A DNA stretch of 61,962 nt, from positions 1 to 61,962 of the IMG/VR virus record IMGVR_UViG_3300016654_000115; one strand, 5' to 3'. The notes beneath the pieces are model-generated. The model saw only the letters and a list, made by a program, of their open reading frames with translations. It was not told the DNA's origin and did not search any database. Below are positions 9,587 to 20,200 of the stretch, piece after piece. Positions within the stretch are counted from its first letter, which is position 1. Every line of letters begins with the position of its first letter. The translations under genes and the position numbers were made by a program. This DNA comes from a virus (taxonomy: Duplodnaviria > Caudoviricetes).

Positions 9587-10968
9587 CCCCCCATATGACT
9601 ACTCAAATTGTCACCACAGAGTTTAATCTTGATCGCCCCGCCGCGCCGAACCTGCCGCTGGCCCCGCAACAGTATGACCCTCGATATCACGAGCAACTAA
9701 ATAACGTCCTGCGGCTGTACTTCAACCGTTTAGACAACTTTCTGGCGAAGTTTATGGCAAATAACACACCTGTACCCATAGCTCCGGGCGGAACCGGTGC
9801 AGATGCGTTTGGCCGACTGCGGGTAAGTAATCCATTTACTTTGTTTGATAGCCAAAACCGCTATCAGAAAGACAACCAGTTTGCAGAGTCAACCGCGACG
9901 GGCGGAACAGTTACCTATACCCTTAACGAGTCAACAGTCAATTTAAACGTCACCACATCCTCTGGCTCTGAAACGATCAGGCAGAGCTATCGGGTTATGC
10001 CATACCAGCCCGGAAAAGGATTGTTGGTACTTGCCACATTTGTAATGAACAATGGCTTAGATGGGTTGCGCCAGAGGGTTGGATACTTCAACACCGACAA
10101 TGGCGTGTTCTTTCAGAAAGACGGAACAACCAATTCGTTTGTTTTGCGAACCAATACCAGCGGCACACCCAGCGATGCGCGGACAGTAAATCAGGCCGAC
10201 TGGAACGGCGACAAATTGGATGGCACCGGGGATTCCGGAATTACGCTAGACACCAGCAAGGCGCAGATTCTTTGGATGGACTTTGAGTGGCTGGGGGTAG
10301 GCTCTGTTCGGTGTGGATTTATTATTGACGGGCAGTACATCGTCTGCCATACGTTCAACAATGCTAATGATTTAAACAAAGTCTACATGACCACCGCCAT
10401 TTTGCCGATGCGGTATGAAATCAAAGCAACAGGGGCAATTTCTTCCGCCGCTACTTTGAAACAAATTTGTTGCACGGTAATTTCTGAAGGCGGATATCAG
10501 CAGGCGGTGGCAAACCAGTTTGCTCGTAGAACCACAGCACTAGCAACAATCAGCAGCACCTTCCTGCCGCTGGTGTCGATTCGCTTGGCATCTGATTCTT
10601 TGGGGGCGGTTGTTCTACCGGCAGCAATTCAGGTGTTTCCAACAACCACCCAAAACTATGAAATTGCCCTGTTTAAGAACCCAACCCTGACGGGCGCGTC
10701 TTATGACACCACCACGTTTACCCATGTAGATTATGATGTAACTGCATCTGCCATGTCTGGAGGCACGATGGTTCTTCAAAACTACACCGCATCATCCTCT
10801 CAGGGGAGAGCCGTTTCAATTACCCCCGCTGGGTACAACTTTGATCTCCAACTTGGGGTAGACCTATCCGGCACCAGTGACGTATATACATTGGCAATCA
10901 GAACCCTTACGGCAAGCCCAACAGGAGATGCGTTTGGGGTGATTGACTTCATTGATCTGACGGACTGA
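9583..10968 (+). CDS. Virion structural protein
   Basis: N-terminal PNLPLAP..Y....L.LYF segment fused to a DAFGRLRVS.P...YQPGK...WLGVG beta domain. Confidence 0.6.
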   Translation: MTPHMTTQIVTTEFNLDRPAAPNLPLAPQQYDPRYHEQLNNVLRLYFNRLDNFLAKFMANNTPVPIAPGGTGADAFGRLRVSNPFTLFDSQNRYQKDNQFAESTATGGTVTYTLNESTVNLNVTTSSGSETIRQSYRVMPYQPGKGLLVLATFVMNNGLDGLRQRVGYFNTDNGVFFQKDGTTNSFVLRTNTSGTPSDARTVNQADWNGDKLDGTGDSGITLDTSKAQILWMDFEWLGVGSVRCGFIIDGQYIVCHTFNNANDLNKVYMTTAILPMRYEIKATGAISSAATLKQICCTVISEGGYQQAVANQFARRTTALATISSTFLPLVSIRLASDSLGAVVLPAAIQVFPTTTQNYEIALFKNPTLTGASYDTTTFTHVDYDVTASAMSGGTMVLQNYTASSSQGRAVSITPAGYNFDLQLGVDLSGTSDVYTLAIRTLTASPTGDAFGVIDFIDLTD

Positions 10969-10970
10969 TC

Positions 10971-12179
10971 ATGGAATATACGTTTGGCGGCGACCCAATA
11001 GATATTGTTGGATATAGGCCAAGGGCGCATGAAATTGCTGCGGCCCTAGAACAAGAGCGGCTAGCAACTCCCTATGTAAACGCAAACCCTGAAGCAAGCG
11101 CCGCCCCCGCCGGGATTATTAGTTTAAATCAACAAACAGCATCTCCAATATCCCAAGCCGTGCAAACGGCTCCGGTTGTAGCCCCAATTGCACCGGGTAA
11201 ATTTGTTACTGATTATCAAGGCAACAAATTTGATGCTGGAACCACATTAAACCTGTCAAAACAAATAGCAAATGCTTTTGATAGAAATTCAAGCGGCACA
11301 GCCTTTACAACAAAAGGCGAAAGTATTGGGTTTGATTACAACCAAGCCAAAGAAATACTTGGCAACGACCCCAACGCCATACAACAGGTTATGTTTGATA
11401 TGGCCCGCTACTTGCAGCAGGCGGGAGTTACTGATTTAAACCAAATCGGGGTAAGGCAATCTGAAATCCCTTATTACAATGAGCAGGGGAACATTGATGG
11501 ATATACACAGGGGCGGGAGTTTTACAACAAAGAAACCGGGCAAGCCATTCAAGAACAATTTGGACAGACCTACACCGGAAAGGGCGGCACCGCCTATTTT
11601 CTGACCGAAAAGGACGGAAAGGTTGGTGTAAAGGCCAAGGGGTTTGATACCAGCGATGCAGGGTTAGCCGCCCCCCTTCTGATGGCTGCAAGTTTCATGA
11701 TGCCCGTGATAGCGCCCGGCCTACAGTCTGCTATAGCCAGTGCTGTACCAGCAGCCGGTGCGGCGGGCTCTTTAGGGAATGTGGCTTTGACCAACGCGCT
11801 AACAAGCGGAGCGATGGCTGGCCTTATGGGTGGAGATCCATTGAAAGCCGCCCTTCTTGGGGGAGCGACTCCATTTATTAGTTCTGGGATAGGGTCTGTA
11901 TTGCCAACAGATTTTGTTAAAAGCAACCCGGCTATTGCAAAATTCCTTACAAGCGCAGGTACATCTGCCGTGACGGGCGCTTTAAGCGGGAGAGATTTTG
12001 ATTTAGGACAGTCTCTCCAAAACTCATTAATGGGCGGCATTGCGGGTACAGCCTTGGGTAAAGCGGGCATTCCCTCCGAACTAGCGCCGATACTTGTTTC
12101 TTTAGCGAAGAGTGGGACAATAACACCACAGACCGTGATGCAAATGATGAGCCAGATGAGCGCCAAGAAAGGTACATGA
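10971..12179 (+). CDS. Putative internal virion/ejection protein
   Basis: Ala/Gly-rich hydrophobic C-terminal half; position after the tail genes. Confidence 0.55.
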   Translation: MEYTFGGDPIDIVGYRPRAHEIAAALEQERLATPYVNANPEASAAPAGIISLNQQTASPISQAVQTAPVVAPIAPGKFVTDYQGNKFDAGTTLNLSKQIANAFDRNSSGTAFTTKGESIGFDYNQAKEILGNDPNAIQQVMFDMARYLQQAGVTDLNQIGVRQSEIPYYNEQGNIDGYTQGREFYNKETGQAIQEQFGQTYTGKGGTAYFLTEKDGKVGVKAKGFDTSDAGLAAPLLMAASFMMPVIAPGLQSAIASAVPAAGAAGSLGNVALTNALTSGAMAGLMGGDPLKAALLGGATPFISSGIGSVLPTDFVKSNPAIAKFLTSAGTSAVTGALSGRDFDLGQSLQNSLMGGIAGTALGKAGIPSELAPILVSLAKSGTITPQTVMQMMSQMSAKKGT

Positions 12180-13537
12180 TGGACCCCAGACTTATTGCCC
12201 TATTGCAAATGATGCAGAAGCCCGTCCGCCGCTTTGATAATGGTGGTTACCTCCCAATGGATGACGGCACAACCGACGATATTCTAAAGTTAATTGGCGG
12301 CGGATACGACCAGCCAATTGATTTTGGCGGTATTGATCTTAGCAATCTGTTTGACTCCGGAGAAATTGACACAAGCAATATTTTTGGCGATGCAATGGAT
12401 GATTACACCACCGAAGGAATTCAGGATGCTATTAATGCATTGGTTGGTGGCAACACTGGCGGCGGAGGAGCCAATAATACTGTGGCTAGAACCAGAAGCC
12501 TGACATTTGGCGGCACTGGCGGTGGAGGAGCCGACAATACTGAATTGATTTCTAATTTGGGGGATGAGTTTTTAGATCAGAGATACGCGCAAGGGAGCGA
12601 AGAAGCATCGCTTGCCGAAAGGTATGGGCCGGGTAGCATGTATGGCGGCCCTTCGCAAGAAGAAATGCGTCAAGGCATTACCGCTACCGGCAACGTGCAG
12701 AACGCTGGGGGCGATACAGTCATTGTTAATGATGACGGCACGGCGCTCGGGTTTAGTTCGCAAACTGGCGAACCATATGAATTGTCCAAAGAAGAAGTGG
12801 ACAAGATGGTCAAAGCCGGGGTATTGAATAGTTACGCATCCGGCTACAACACCCTGACTGGGGGTAACAAAATTGCCCCCGGTGGCGGTAAAGAAGTTAC
12901 TACTTCAGACGGCAAAAAAGTTACCGTAATGCCTGATGGCAAAGTTGTCGGTGCTGATGGCAGATACGTAACGAACACCAACACAGTTCGTGATGCCATT
13001 ACCAGAGCGACTGGTGGCGGCGGCACACAAACCGGCTCCCAATCCAACATGTCATGGCTGCTCCCCCTGCTGTTGATGATGCTTGCCATGAACAGGAACC
13101 AAGGGCAGGGCACCAGCCAAGCGGTGATTCCCAAACTGTCGGCCTCTCAAGCGCAGTTGCCCTATCAGCAGGTTCAACAGGCACCGGGCTATCGCCCCGG
13201 TCAGGGCGGTGTTAGGTATGTATCTGATGTTCAATACAAGCCTATGGCAGATGGAGGCATCACATCATTGATGGCGCGGGGTGGCACCAGAGGACTGCTG
13301 CATGGGGCAGGTGATGGAGTATCGGATTCCATCCCGGCGACTATCGGTGGTACGCAGCCCGCTCGACTGGCCCGTGGCGAGTTTGTAGTGGATGCCCGCA
13401 CCGTATCGGAACTGGGCAACGGCTCTACCGAAGCTGGAGCAGAGCGTTTATACGAAATGATGAATCGTGTTCACAGTGCGCGGAAGAAGGCAAAGCGTGG
13501 ACAAGACACCAAAGCAAGCAAATATCTTCCGGGTTAA
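12176..13537 (+). CDS. Putative ejection protein
   Basis: GAGDGVSDSIPA...LARGEFVV motif, one hydrophobic segment, several xxGG motifs. Confidence 0.6.
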   Translation: MMDPRLIALLQMMQKPVRRFDNGGYLPMDDGTTDDILKLIGGGYDQPIDFGGIDLSNLFDSGEIDTSNIFGDAMDDYTTEGIQDAINALVGGNTGGGGANNTVARTRSLTFGGTGGGGADNTELISNLGDEFLDQRYAQGSEEASLAERYGPGSMYGGPSQEEMRQGITATGNVQNAGGDTVIVNDDGTALGFSSQTGEPYELSKEEVDKMVKAGVLNSYASGYNTLTGGNKIAPGGGKEVTTSDGKKVTVMPDGKVVGADGRYVTNTNTVRDAITRATGGGGTQTGSQSNMSWLLPLLLMMLAMNRNQGQGTSQAVIPKLSASQAQLPYQQVQQAPGYRPGQGGVRYVSDVQYKPMADGGITSLMARGGTRGLLHGAGDGVSDSIPATIGGTQPARLARGEFVVDARTVSELGNGSTEAGAERLYEMMNRVHSARKKAKRGQDTKASKYLPG

Positions 13538-13546
13538 GGAATAAAT

Positions 13547-15682
13547 ATGGCAACTTCAACTACAGCCCTTCCGCCGGGTTCGACCAACGTCTCGGGTCTT
13601 GCGCCTTGGGCTCAAGACTATATTACCGACTATCTTGGCAAATCCCAAGCTTTGTCGGGCATGGGTTATCAGGTCTACCAAGGGCCGCAGACGGCGGGCT
13701 TTGCCCCTCTTCAGCAGGCTGGCTTTCGGGGTATTGCAAATTTAGCTGTACCCCAAGCCTTGATGCAGGGCGGAGAATATTTAAATCAAATTGCTCAAAA
13801 CTTGGGCAATGTAGCCTATCAGCCGGTTGGTGTTTCTTTCACCGGGAAAGACATCCCAACCCGAGCCAACATGCCCTTAACCCAAGGTGCAGTGTCAAAA
13901 CTAGAGGGGACTCTTGGAGCCCCCATTGGGGCGGGGGAATATCTTCCTTGGGGTGGATTTGAGCAAAAAACCGCCGCAACCACCACAACCCCCATTTCCG
14001 AGCTAAACAATCTTTATCAACAATATTTTGGTAAAGCTGGTGACGCAGAAGGCATGGCTTACTGGCAAAATAAATTTGGCAAAGAAATAGATGCAAATGA
14101 GTTAAGTGAATTTATTAGGGCTGGTATTGGAGCTATCAAAAATACACCTGCTCCGGCTGTGACAACCCCCATCTCCGAGCTAAATAATTTGTACCAACAA
14201 TATTTTGGTAAAGCTGGCGACGCAGAGGGGATGGCCTATTGGCAAAATAAATTTGGCAAAGAAATAGATGAAAATGAACTAGACGAGTTTATTAAAGCGG
14301 GTATTGGAGCTTTAAAGGGGGGCACAACCACTACAGCCACTACAAAACCAATTTCTGAGCTAAATAATCTTTATCAAAAATACTTTGGTAAAGATGGTGA
14401 TGCGGAAGGAATGGCCTATTGGCAAAATAAATTTGGCGAAGAAATAGATCAAGATGAACTAGATCAGTTTATTTCAGCAGGTATTGGGGCTCTAAAGGGG
14501 GGCACAACCACCACGGGAACTGGTACAGGAACTGATACAGGAACCACTACAAAGACCGGGGTCAATAAAAATGTTACTGATTTGTATCAGCAATATCTTG
14601 GAAAAGACCCAGACTTAGAGGGCGGAAAATACTGGTCAGATCGCTTTGGATCAGAGGTAGACAATACCGAATTGCTGTCTTTTCTCCAGTCGGCCCAAAC
14701 TGTATTAGAGGGGCAGGGAAAAGAAGTTCCTAAATCTATCACAGATAAAATTGCGGAGTTGACAAGCGCCCCAGATAAAAGTGGTTTTAATACCGAAAGA
14801 GTTCGTCGTTATGCCGACGGCGGTGCGGTGTCGTCTGGAGTTACGACCAGCGGGGGGATAGGCTCTTTGGCTGGAAATACCGACCAATCAACCTATAAGC
14901 CAGCAATTTACACCAGCAATGCAAGTAATGTTCTTGGCGGGGTAAATGCCACAACGCCCCAAGCTTCGCAGCCGGTTAGTTCCTATGCAGAACAATACAT
15001 GAATCCTTATCTGCAAGCCTCTTTAACCCCTCAATATGAAGAGCTTCGTCGGCAATCTCAAATTAATTTGCAGCCAACTCTTTCTAAACTTGCGCAAGCA
15101 GGTGCATTTGGTGGCGGGAGACAAGCCATTATAGAATCCGAGGCCCAACGCAATCTTCTACAAGCCCAACAGAATTTACTTGGGCAAGGATATAAAACAG
15201 CCTTTGACGAAGCTCAACAACAATTTAATACTGAACAGCAGCGGGCAATCCAAGAGGCTCAATATGGCGCTGACTATGGATTACGCGCAGCACAGCAACA
15301 AACCCAAGCCGCACAGGCAATGGGGCAGTTGGGACAAGCGCAAAACCAAGCGCAGTTGGCAAACCTAAATCTTGCATTGACTGGGGGCGGCATCCAGAGA
15401 GATGTTGCACAACAGGGAACCACCGCAGATTACAACGAGTTTTTGAGGCAGGTTCAGTATCCATATCAACAGCTTCAGTTCCAGCGCGATATGCTTTCCG
15501 GTCTTCCGGTATCAACAATTCAGAACCAACCGGCCCAGTTGTCTGGTATTGCTTCTCTTATTAGCGTACTTGGGGGAACCAGTAATTTGGCAAATAGCCT
15601 TGCCAATCCCAACATCCAGAATCTTTTGAAGAATCTTGGACTTGGTAACATTTTCAGCTCTAGCGACTCCGGAACAAATTAA
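13547..15682 (+). CDS. Putative ejection/DNA-pilot protein with inserted DUF4214-like repeats
   Basis: YMNPY, GAFGG.RQ and Gln-rich coils; 3-4 LY..Y[FL]GK..D.EG..YW repeats. Confidence 0.65.
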   Translation: MATSTTALPPGSTNVSGLAPWAQDYITDYLGKSQALSGMGYQVYQGPQTAGFAPLQQAGFRGIANLAVPQALMQGGEYLNQIAQNLGNVAYQPVGVSFTGKDIPTRANMPLTQGAVSKLEGTLGAPIGAGEYLPWGGFEQKTAATTTTPISELNNLYQQYFGKAGDAEGMAYWQNKFGKEIDANELSEFIRAGIGAIKNTPAPAVTTPISELNNLYQQYFGKAGDAEGMAYWQNKFGKEIDENELDEFIKAGIGALKGGTTTTATTKPISELNNLYQKYFGKDGDAEGMAYWQNKFGEEIDQDELDQFISAGIGALKGGTTTTGTGTGTDTGTTTKTGVNKNVTDLYQQYLGKDPDLEGGKYWSDRFGSEVDNTELLSFLQSAQTVLEGQGKEVPKSITDKIAELTSAPDKSGFNTERVRRYADGGAVSSGVTTSGGIGSLAGNTDQSTYKPAIYTSNASNVLGGVNATTPQASQPVSSYAEQYMNPYLQASLTPQYEELRRQSQINLQPTLSKLAQAGAFGGGRQAIIESEAQRNLLQAQQNLLGQGYKTAFDEAQQQFNTEQQRAIQEAQYGADYGLRAAQQQTQAAQAMGQLGQAQNQAQLANLNLALTGGGIQRDVAQQGTTADYNEFLRQVQYPYQQLQFQRDMLSGLPVSTIQNQPAQLSGIASLISVLGGTSNLANSLANPNIQNLLKNLGLGNIFSSSDSGTN
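13985..14515 (+). repeat. Three imperfect in-frame tandem repeats of about 175 bp
   Basis: Units encode PISELNNLYQ.YFGK.GDAEGMAYWQNKFG.EID..EL..FI.AGIGA. Confidence 0.85.
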
Positions 15683-15691
15683 GGATTTGTC

Positions 15692-17266
15692 ATGCCATTA
15701 AATCTTGTTCAAATTAAAGAGCGTTTAAAGGGTATGCCTATTCAGGCAATAATGGCGTATGCCAATGGGTCGAACCGGATGGAGGTCCCCCCCGACATGG
15801 CTTTGGGAGAACTCCTGCGCCGCAAAGAGATGCAAGAGAATGCCCAAATGCCGCAGGGCACCGTTAAGGACAGAATAGAACAAAGCGTTTTACAGGATCA
15901 AATGGCATTAATGCAGACTCAGGCTGCAAAGATGCAGGCTAATGCTCAACAGCAGCAGGCGGCCGCCGCGCAGGTTCCATCAATCCCGCCCGGAACCCCG
16001 GAGCCAGTCCAAATGGCGCGTGGCGGAGTTACCAGCCTCCCATCCCGGTTTAACTTTGCGCCGGGAGGGATTGTTGCTTTTGCGGGGGCGGGCAGTGTTG
16101 GTGGTGAGTTTGAGGCAGAAACAAGCCCTCAGCAGGCCGCATTGGATGAGCTAAGGGTTCGGGAGGAGGCCCGGAAGAGGGAAGAAAAGAAAAGAGCAGA
16201 CATGCTTGAGTTTCTTGAAAGAGCGGGAGCGCCTCAAGCCGAAAAATATAGAGACTCCAAACCACCAGAAGCCGAACAGGAAAAGAAACATTCTCCCCCA
16301 GAGGTTAAACAGCGCCCTCCGGCGACAAGGGGCGTCACCACCGAAATCGCCCCAAGGGAGCCATCCATGATGGAGTTGGCCCGCGAATTTTTTAAAACCA
16401 AACAAACCACCCCCCCAGAGGAAAAGGCAGCGCCCGGCTCCCTTGCATCCCGCCCCGCCTATACAGATTTTGAGCAGTTTCTCAAGACATTTGAACAATC
16501 TCAGGGCGAGAGGGACAGGGCCGCATTGGAGCGTGAAGCTCGTCGCCAACAGGCAGAGTTTTTAAACAGCCTGATTGAGGGGGCGGAGGCAAGCCGTGGT
16601 CAGAGAGGGTTTGCCAACATCGGGGCCATCATGGGTGGCATTGGAAAGAGTCTTGGGACAGCACAGGTTGCCGCCCTTGACCGGGCCGACAAGCTGGCTG
16701 AAGTTGAGCGTGATCGCCAGATGAAGATGGCAGAGTACCGCATGAAGATTGAGGAGGCAAGAAGGGCCGAAGAGCGCGGCGACCTCAAGGCCCGCAATGA
16801 TCGCCTTATGGAGGCAGCAAAGATTGAGCGCGAGATTGCCCGCGACAAGGCGACATTGGCCGCCAATTTGGCACAGACTGAAGAGATGGCTAAAACCCGC
16901 GCCGCAACGGCGGCGGCTGGCAGCAGAGATTCCCTTGATTCCATAGCAGCCAACCTGAGACGGGAGAACCCCAAGCTCTCATACCAGCAGTCGATGGAAG
17001 CAGCATCTCGCATCAAGTTTGGTGCATCGTTTGAGAGAACCAGTGTTGCCAACATGGAGGCGTTTCGCAAGGCCGTTGAGAAAATTGATGCAAGATATCC
17101 CCTTCTCCAAGCGGGAGGGGATTCTCCAAAAATTAAAGATATGCAGGCCAAACGTGATGCCGAGGTTCGTCGGGAGGCTGCTCTATATGGCATTGGAGGA
17201 GACGCTGTGGCAGCGCCCCCTAAGATCGACACCTCAACGGTCAGGAACGTTACCCAAACTCAATAA
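15692..17266 (+). CDS. Putative ejection protein (coiled-coil)
   Basis: MARGG and FAPGGIVAF motifs, long charged helices. Confidence 0.55.
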   Translation: MPLNLVQIKERLKGMPIQAIMAYANGSNRMEVPPDMALGELLRRKEMQENAQMPQGTVKDRIEQSVLQDQMALMQTQAAKMQANAQQQQAAAAQVPSIPPGTPEPVQMARGGVTSLPSRFNFAPGGIVAFAGAGSVGGEFEAETSPQQAALDELRVREEARKREEKKRADMLEFLERAGAPQAEKYRDSKPPEAEQEKKHSPPEVKQRPPATRGVTTEIAPREPSMMELAREFFKTKQTTPPEEKAAPGSLASRPAYTDFEQFLKTFEQSQGERDRAALEREARRQQAEFLNSLIEGAEASRGQRGFANIGAIMGGIGKSLGTAQVAALDRADKLAEVERDRQMKMAEYRMKIEEARRAEERGDLKARNDRLMEAAKIEREIARDKATLAANLAQTEEMAKTRAATAAAGSRDSLDSIAANLRRENPKLSYQQSMEAASRIKFGASFERTSVANMEAFRKAVEKIDARYPLLQAGGDSPKIKDMQAKRDAEVRREAALYGIGGDAVAAPPKIDTSTVRNVTQTQ

Positions 17267-17278
17267 CGGAAAAATCAA

Positions 17279-20200
17279 ATGGCAAAGTTCCGCGTCGAAA
17301 TGGTCGATGGTCGGGCTTATGAGGTTGAGGCCCCAGAGGGAACGCCACAGGAAACCTTGTTTGCCGCCATCCAAGAACGCTACCCCCTTGCGTTTAAATC
17401 TACTGAGGAGTTGGAGTCCGCTAAATCGGCCCCCTTCAGAGCAGCAGACATTGCCAAGTCCGCCAAAATGGGTTTGGCTGGTGGGGTTCAAAGCCTAACC
17501 GACATCTTTGGGGCGGGCAATGTTGCCTCCCAATATCTTCAAGAGGCTCAGCAGGAGGCCTTTAAAGGTCTATCTCCAGAGCGTATTGCAGAGATTGAGC
17601 GCCGGGAAGAACTCAAGAAGAGGGCGGAAGGCAAGGGTCTTGGGAGAGAGATTGGCGCATCTGTTGGCGCGTTTACCGAGGCCCCAGCACAAACCCTTGC
17701 GCAAGCACTTTTTTCCTCCGCCCCAATTATTGCCAGCGCAGCGATCCCCGGAGGTCAGGCGGCTGGCGCTGCCCGCCTTCTTGCTGCCGCTAGAGGGCCC
17801 ACAGCAGTTGGCGCTGCCATGGGTCTTGGTGGACAGAAGGGGCAGGACTACGAGACAGTTAAACGAGAACTGTTGTCTCAAGGGATTCCTGAGGAGGAGG
17901 CAGAGCAAAGAGCCCAAAAGGCAGCAGAATATTCCGCTCAAAACATTCTTCGCCAAGCCGGTGCCGCCGCCGCCGGGGCGGTTGAGGGCAGATTCGGTGT
18001 TGAGCCTGCGGTGGGTAGATTGCTGTCCCGCCGAACAATTGAGGGGGGTAAAACTCCGCCCACATGGAGCCAAGCTATTGGTCAGAGCGTGCTTGGTGAG
18101 GCAGCGCCCGAGGCCCTACAGGCTGCGGTTGGAACCATAGGAACTAACCAAGCCCTTGATCAGGCTGGAATACCAACAGAGCTATCCAGAGGACTTGCCG
18201 GTACTGTCGCCCATGATGCTTTGGTTGGCGCGGTTCTGGGGCTGGGCCTTTCTCCGGCCCAGAAGGCAAACCTTTCGAGGGATTATGAGGCCGACCGGGC
18301 GGCTGAGAGAAAGAAGTTTGAGGATGAGGAGCGGGCAAAGATTGAGGAGATTGCCCGAAAGCAACAGGAAGAATATGAGAGGAAGGGCTACCAAGAGGTA
18401 CGGAAGGCCTTCGCCCCACAAGATTTAACAAAGAACCCGCTGGGAACATTCAAGGCTCAAGACCTGTCTCCTGCGGTGGTGGAGTATCTTGACAACTTCC
18501 GGGCCCAGTCTGGACTTCCAAAACTCAAGGAATACAGCATCGAAGATATAGCCGATGCGATGCCCGGAAGGGAGCCCGCCAAGGAGAAAGAGGCACTGGC
18601 TCAGTTTGTCGGAGAGAGGGCTGGCTATACACCCGATTCACAGGTCACCGTTCAGACGGTGCTGGATGAGGCCCTGCGTAAAAATATTGATATTGACGCA
18701 AGAAGTTTTACGGATTTCCTTGGAAGAGCAACAGGTGTAAACGATATTCGGGAGATGATGCCGCAGCAGTTGTTTGCTGCATACAAGAGTCTTTCCGCCC
18801 TCCCGGAGTCACCCACCATCCGAGAGATCGAGGGCGGGACTAATGCAACCCGCTTCGACCAAGCCCAGTATGAATCTGCTTTAAACGGGATTGATGCCCT
18901 GCTGGCAGAACTAGGCCGACCCGCCTCTCTCCCCGCCGTCAATGAGGAGATTAAACGAACAACTGGGTTAAAGAGCGGTAAAGCCATTCAAAGTCTTTTG
19001 GATGAGGCTATCCGGCGCGGCGATCTTGATGAGGTTCAAACGCCCCGCTACCGAACCATCGTTCCGGAAACGGGTGAGATTGTTGGGGCTATCTATGACA
19101 CCCGCGAGGAGGCAGAAAAGGCCGCTCCAAAGGGGGCGGAGGTACAGGAGGTCACCCAGCGTGCGATCTCGTCTCCTAGCGCCACCGCGAGGCTTCCGGA
19201 GGGCTATGACATCAGGGAGGGACTGCTCCAAACTGGCGAGGCACCCCAAGCCTATGACGTAATGGCGGGCGATCAGATTCTGAATCGGGTCAAGAGCGAG
19301 GAGGAGGCCCAGACCAAGCTGGAGTCTTACGCCAAGACAAGGGCGGCAGAGACAGAAAACGCCCGGAAGGTCATCGATAAACAGAATGCCCGCCTTACCA
19401 AGAGCCAAGAGAATTTAAACCTGATGCAGGTCGAGGGGCGGGGTAGGACCAATGTGTATCAGCAGGCGATAGCCAAACATCAAAAGCTGACCGACGAGGT
19501 CAACCAGATTATCGCCAAGCAGAACGAAAGAATCAGGAAGTTTGACCCAGATACCACCCCCCTCTCTATCGCGCCCGTTGGCGCGAAGGCTGTTGGGAAG
19601 ACCGGATTTACCGTCCTTAAAGATGGCGCTCCGGTGGCAACCTTCCCCACCCGAGAAAAGGCAGAGTCATCCATTCTGGAGGGACTGCCTACAAGCAGGC
19701 TTGAGGAACTGACCCGTGAAAAGGTCCGCCGGGGCATTGGGCCGAAGGCCCAGAAGGAACTGGAGCGCAGGGCGGGCAAAGAGAAACCAGAACAGGTCAC
19801 AAAGCTGGAGGCAGACCTCCGCAAGGTACTAAACAAGTTTGGTTTAAAGGATGTATCTCTTGAGGTTGCAGAGGCAATTGATGGTGGTAAAGCTGGTGGT
19901 TCTTATTTAAACAGTCTTATCAAGGTTGCGCTGGATGAGGCTAACCCGGTCAGAACCCTCCGCCATGAATCTCTCCATGCCCTCCGCGATCTGGGATTCT
20001 TTACCGACCAGCAGTGGAAGGCCTTAACCAATCAGGCCAAGTCCAAGTGGATCGACACCTACCTCAAACAAAAGAACATTGATGGTCAGCCCCTGAGGGC
20101 GGGAGAAACCTCCCGCTATGAGGCCTATGTCTCCGCCTACATGGGGGATATGGATTCAATCATTGAGGAGGCGGTGGCGGATGCCTTTGCTGATTTTGAT

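Noticed and set aside
13985-14515. Repeats as a possible CRISPR array or DGR template/variable pair
   Set aside because: They are in-frame protein repeats with mostly synonymous changes; there are no spacers, cas genes or reverse transcriptase
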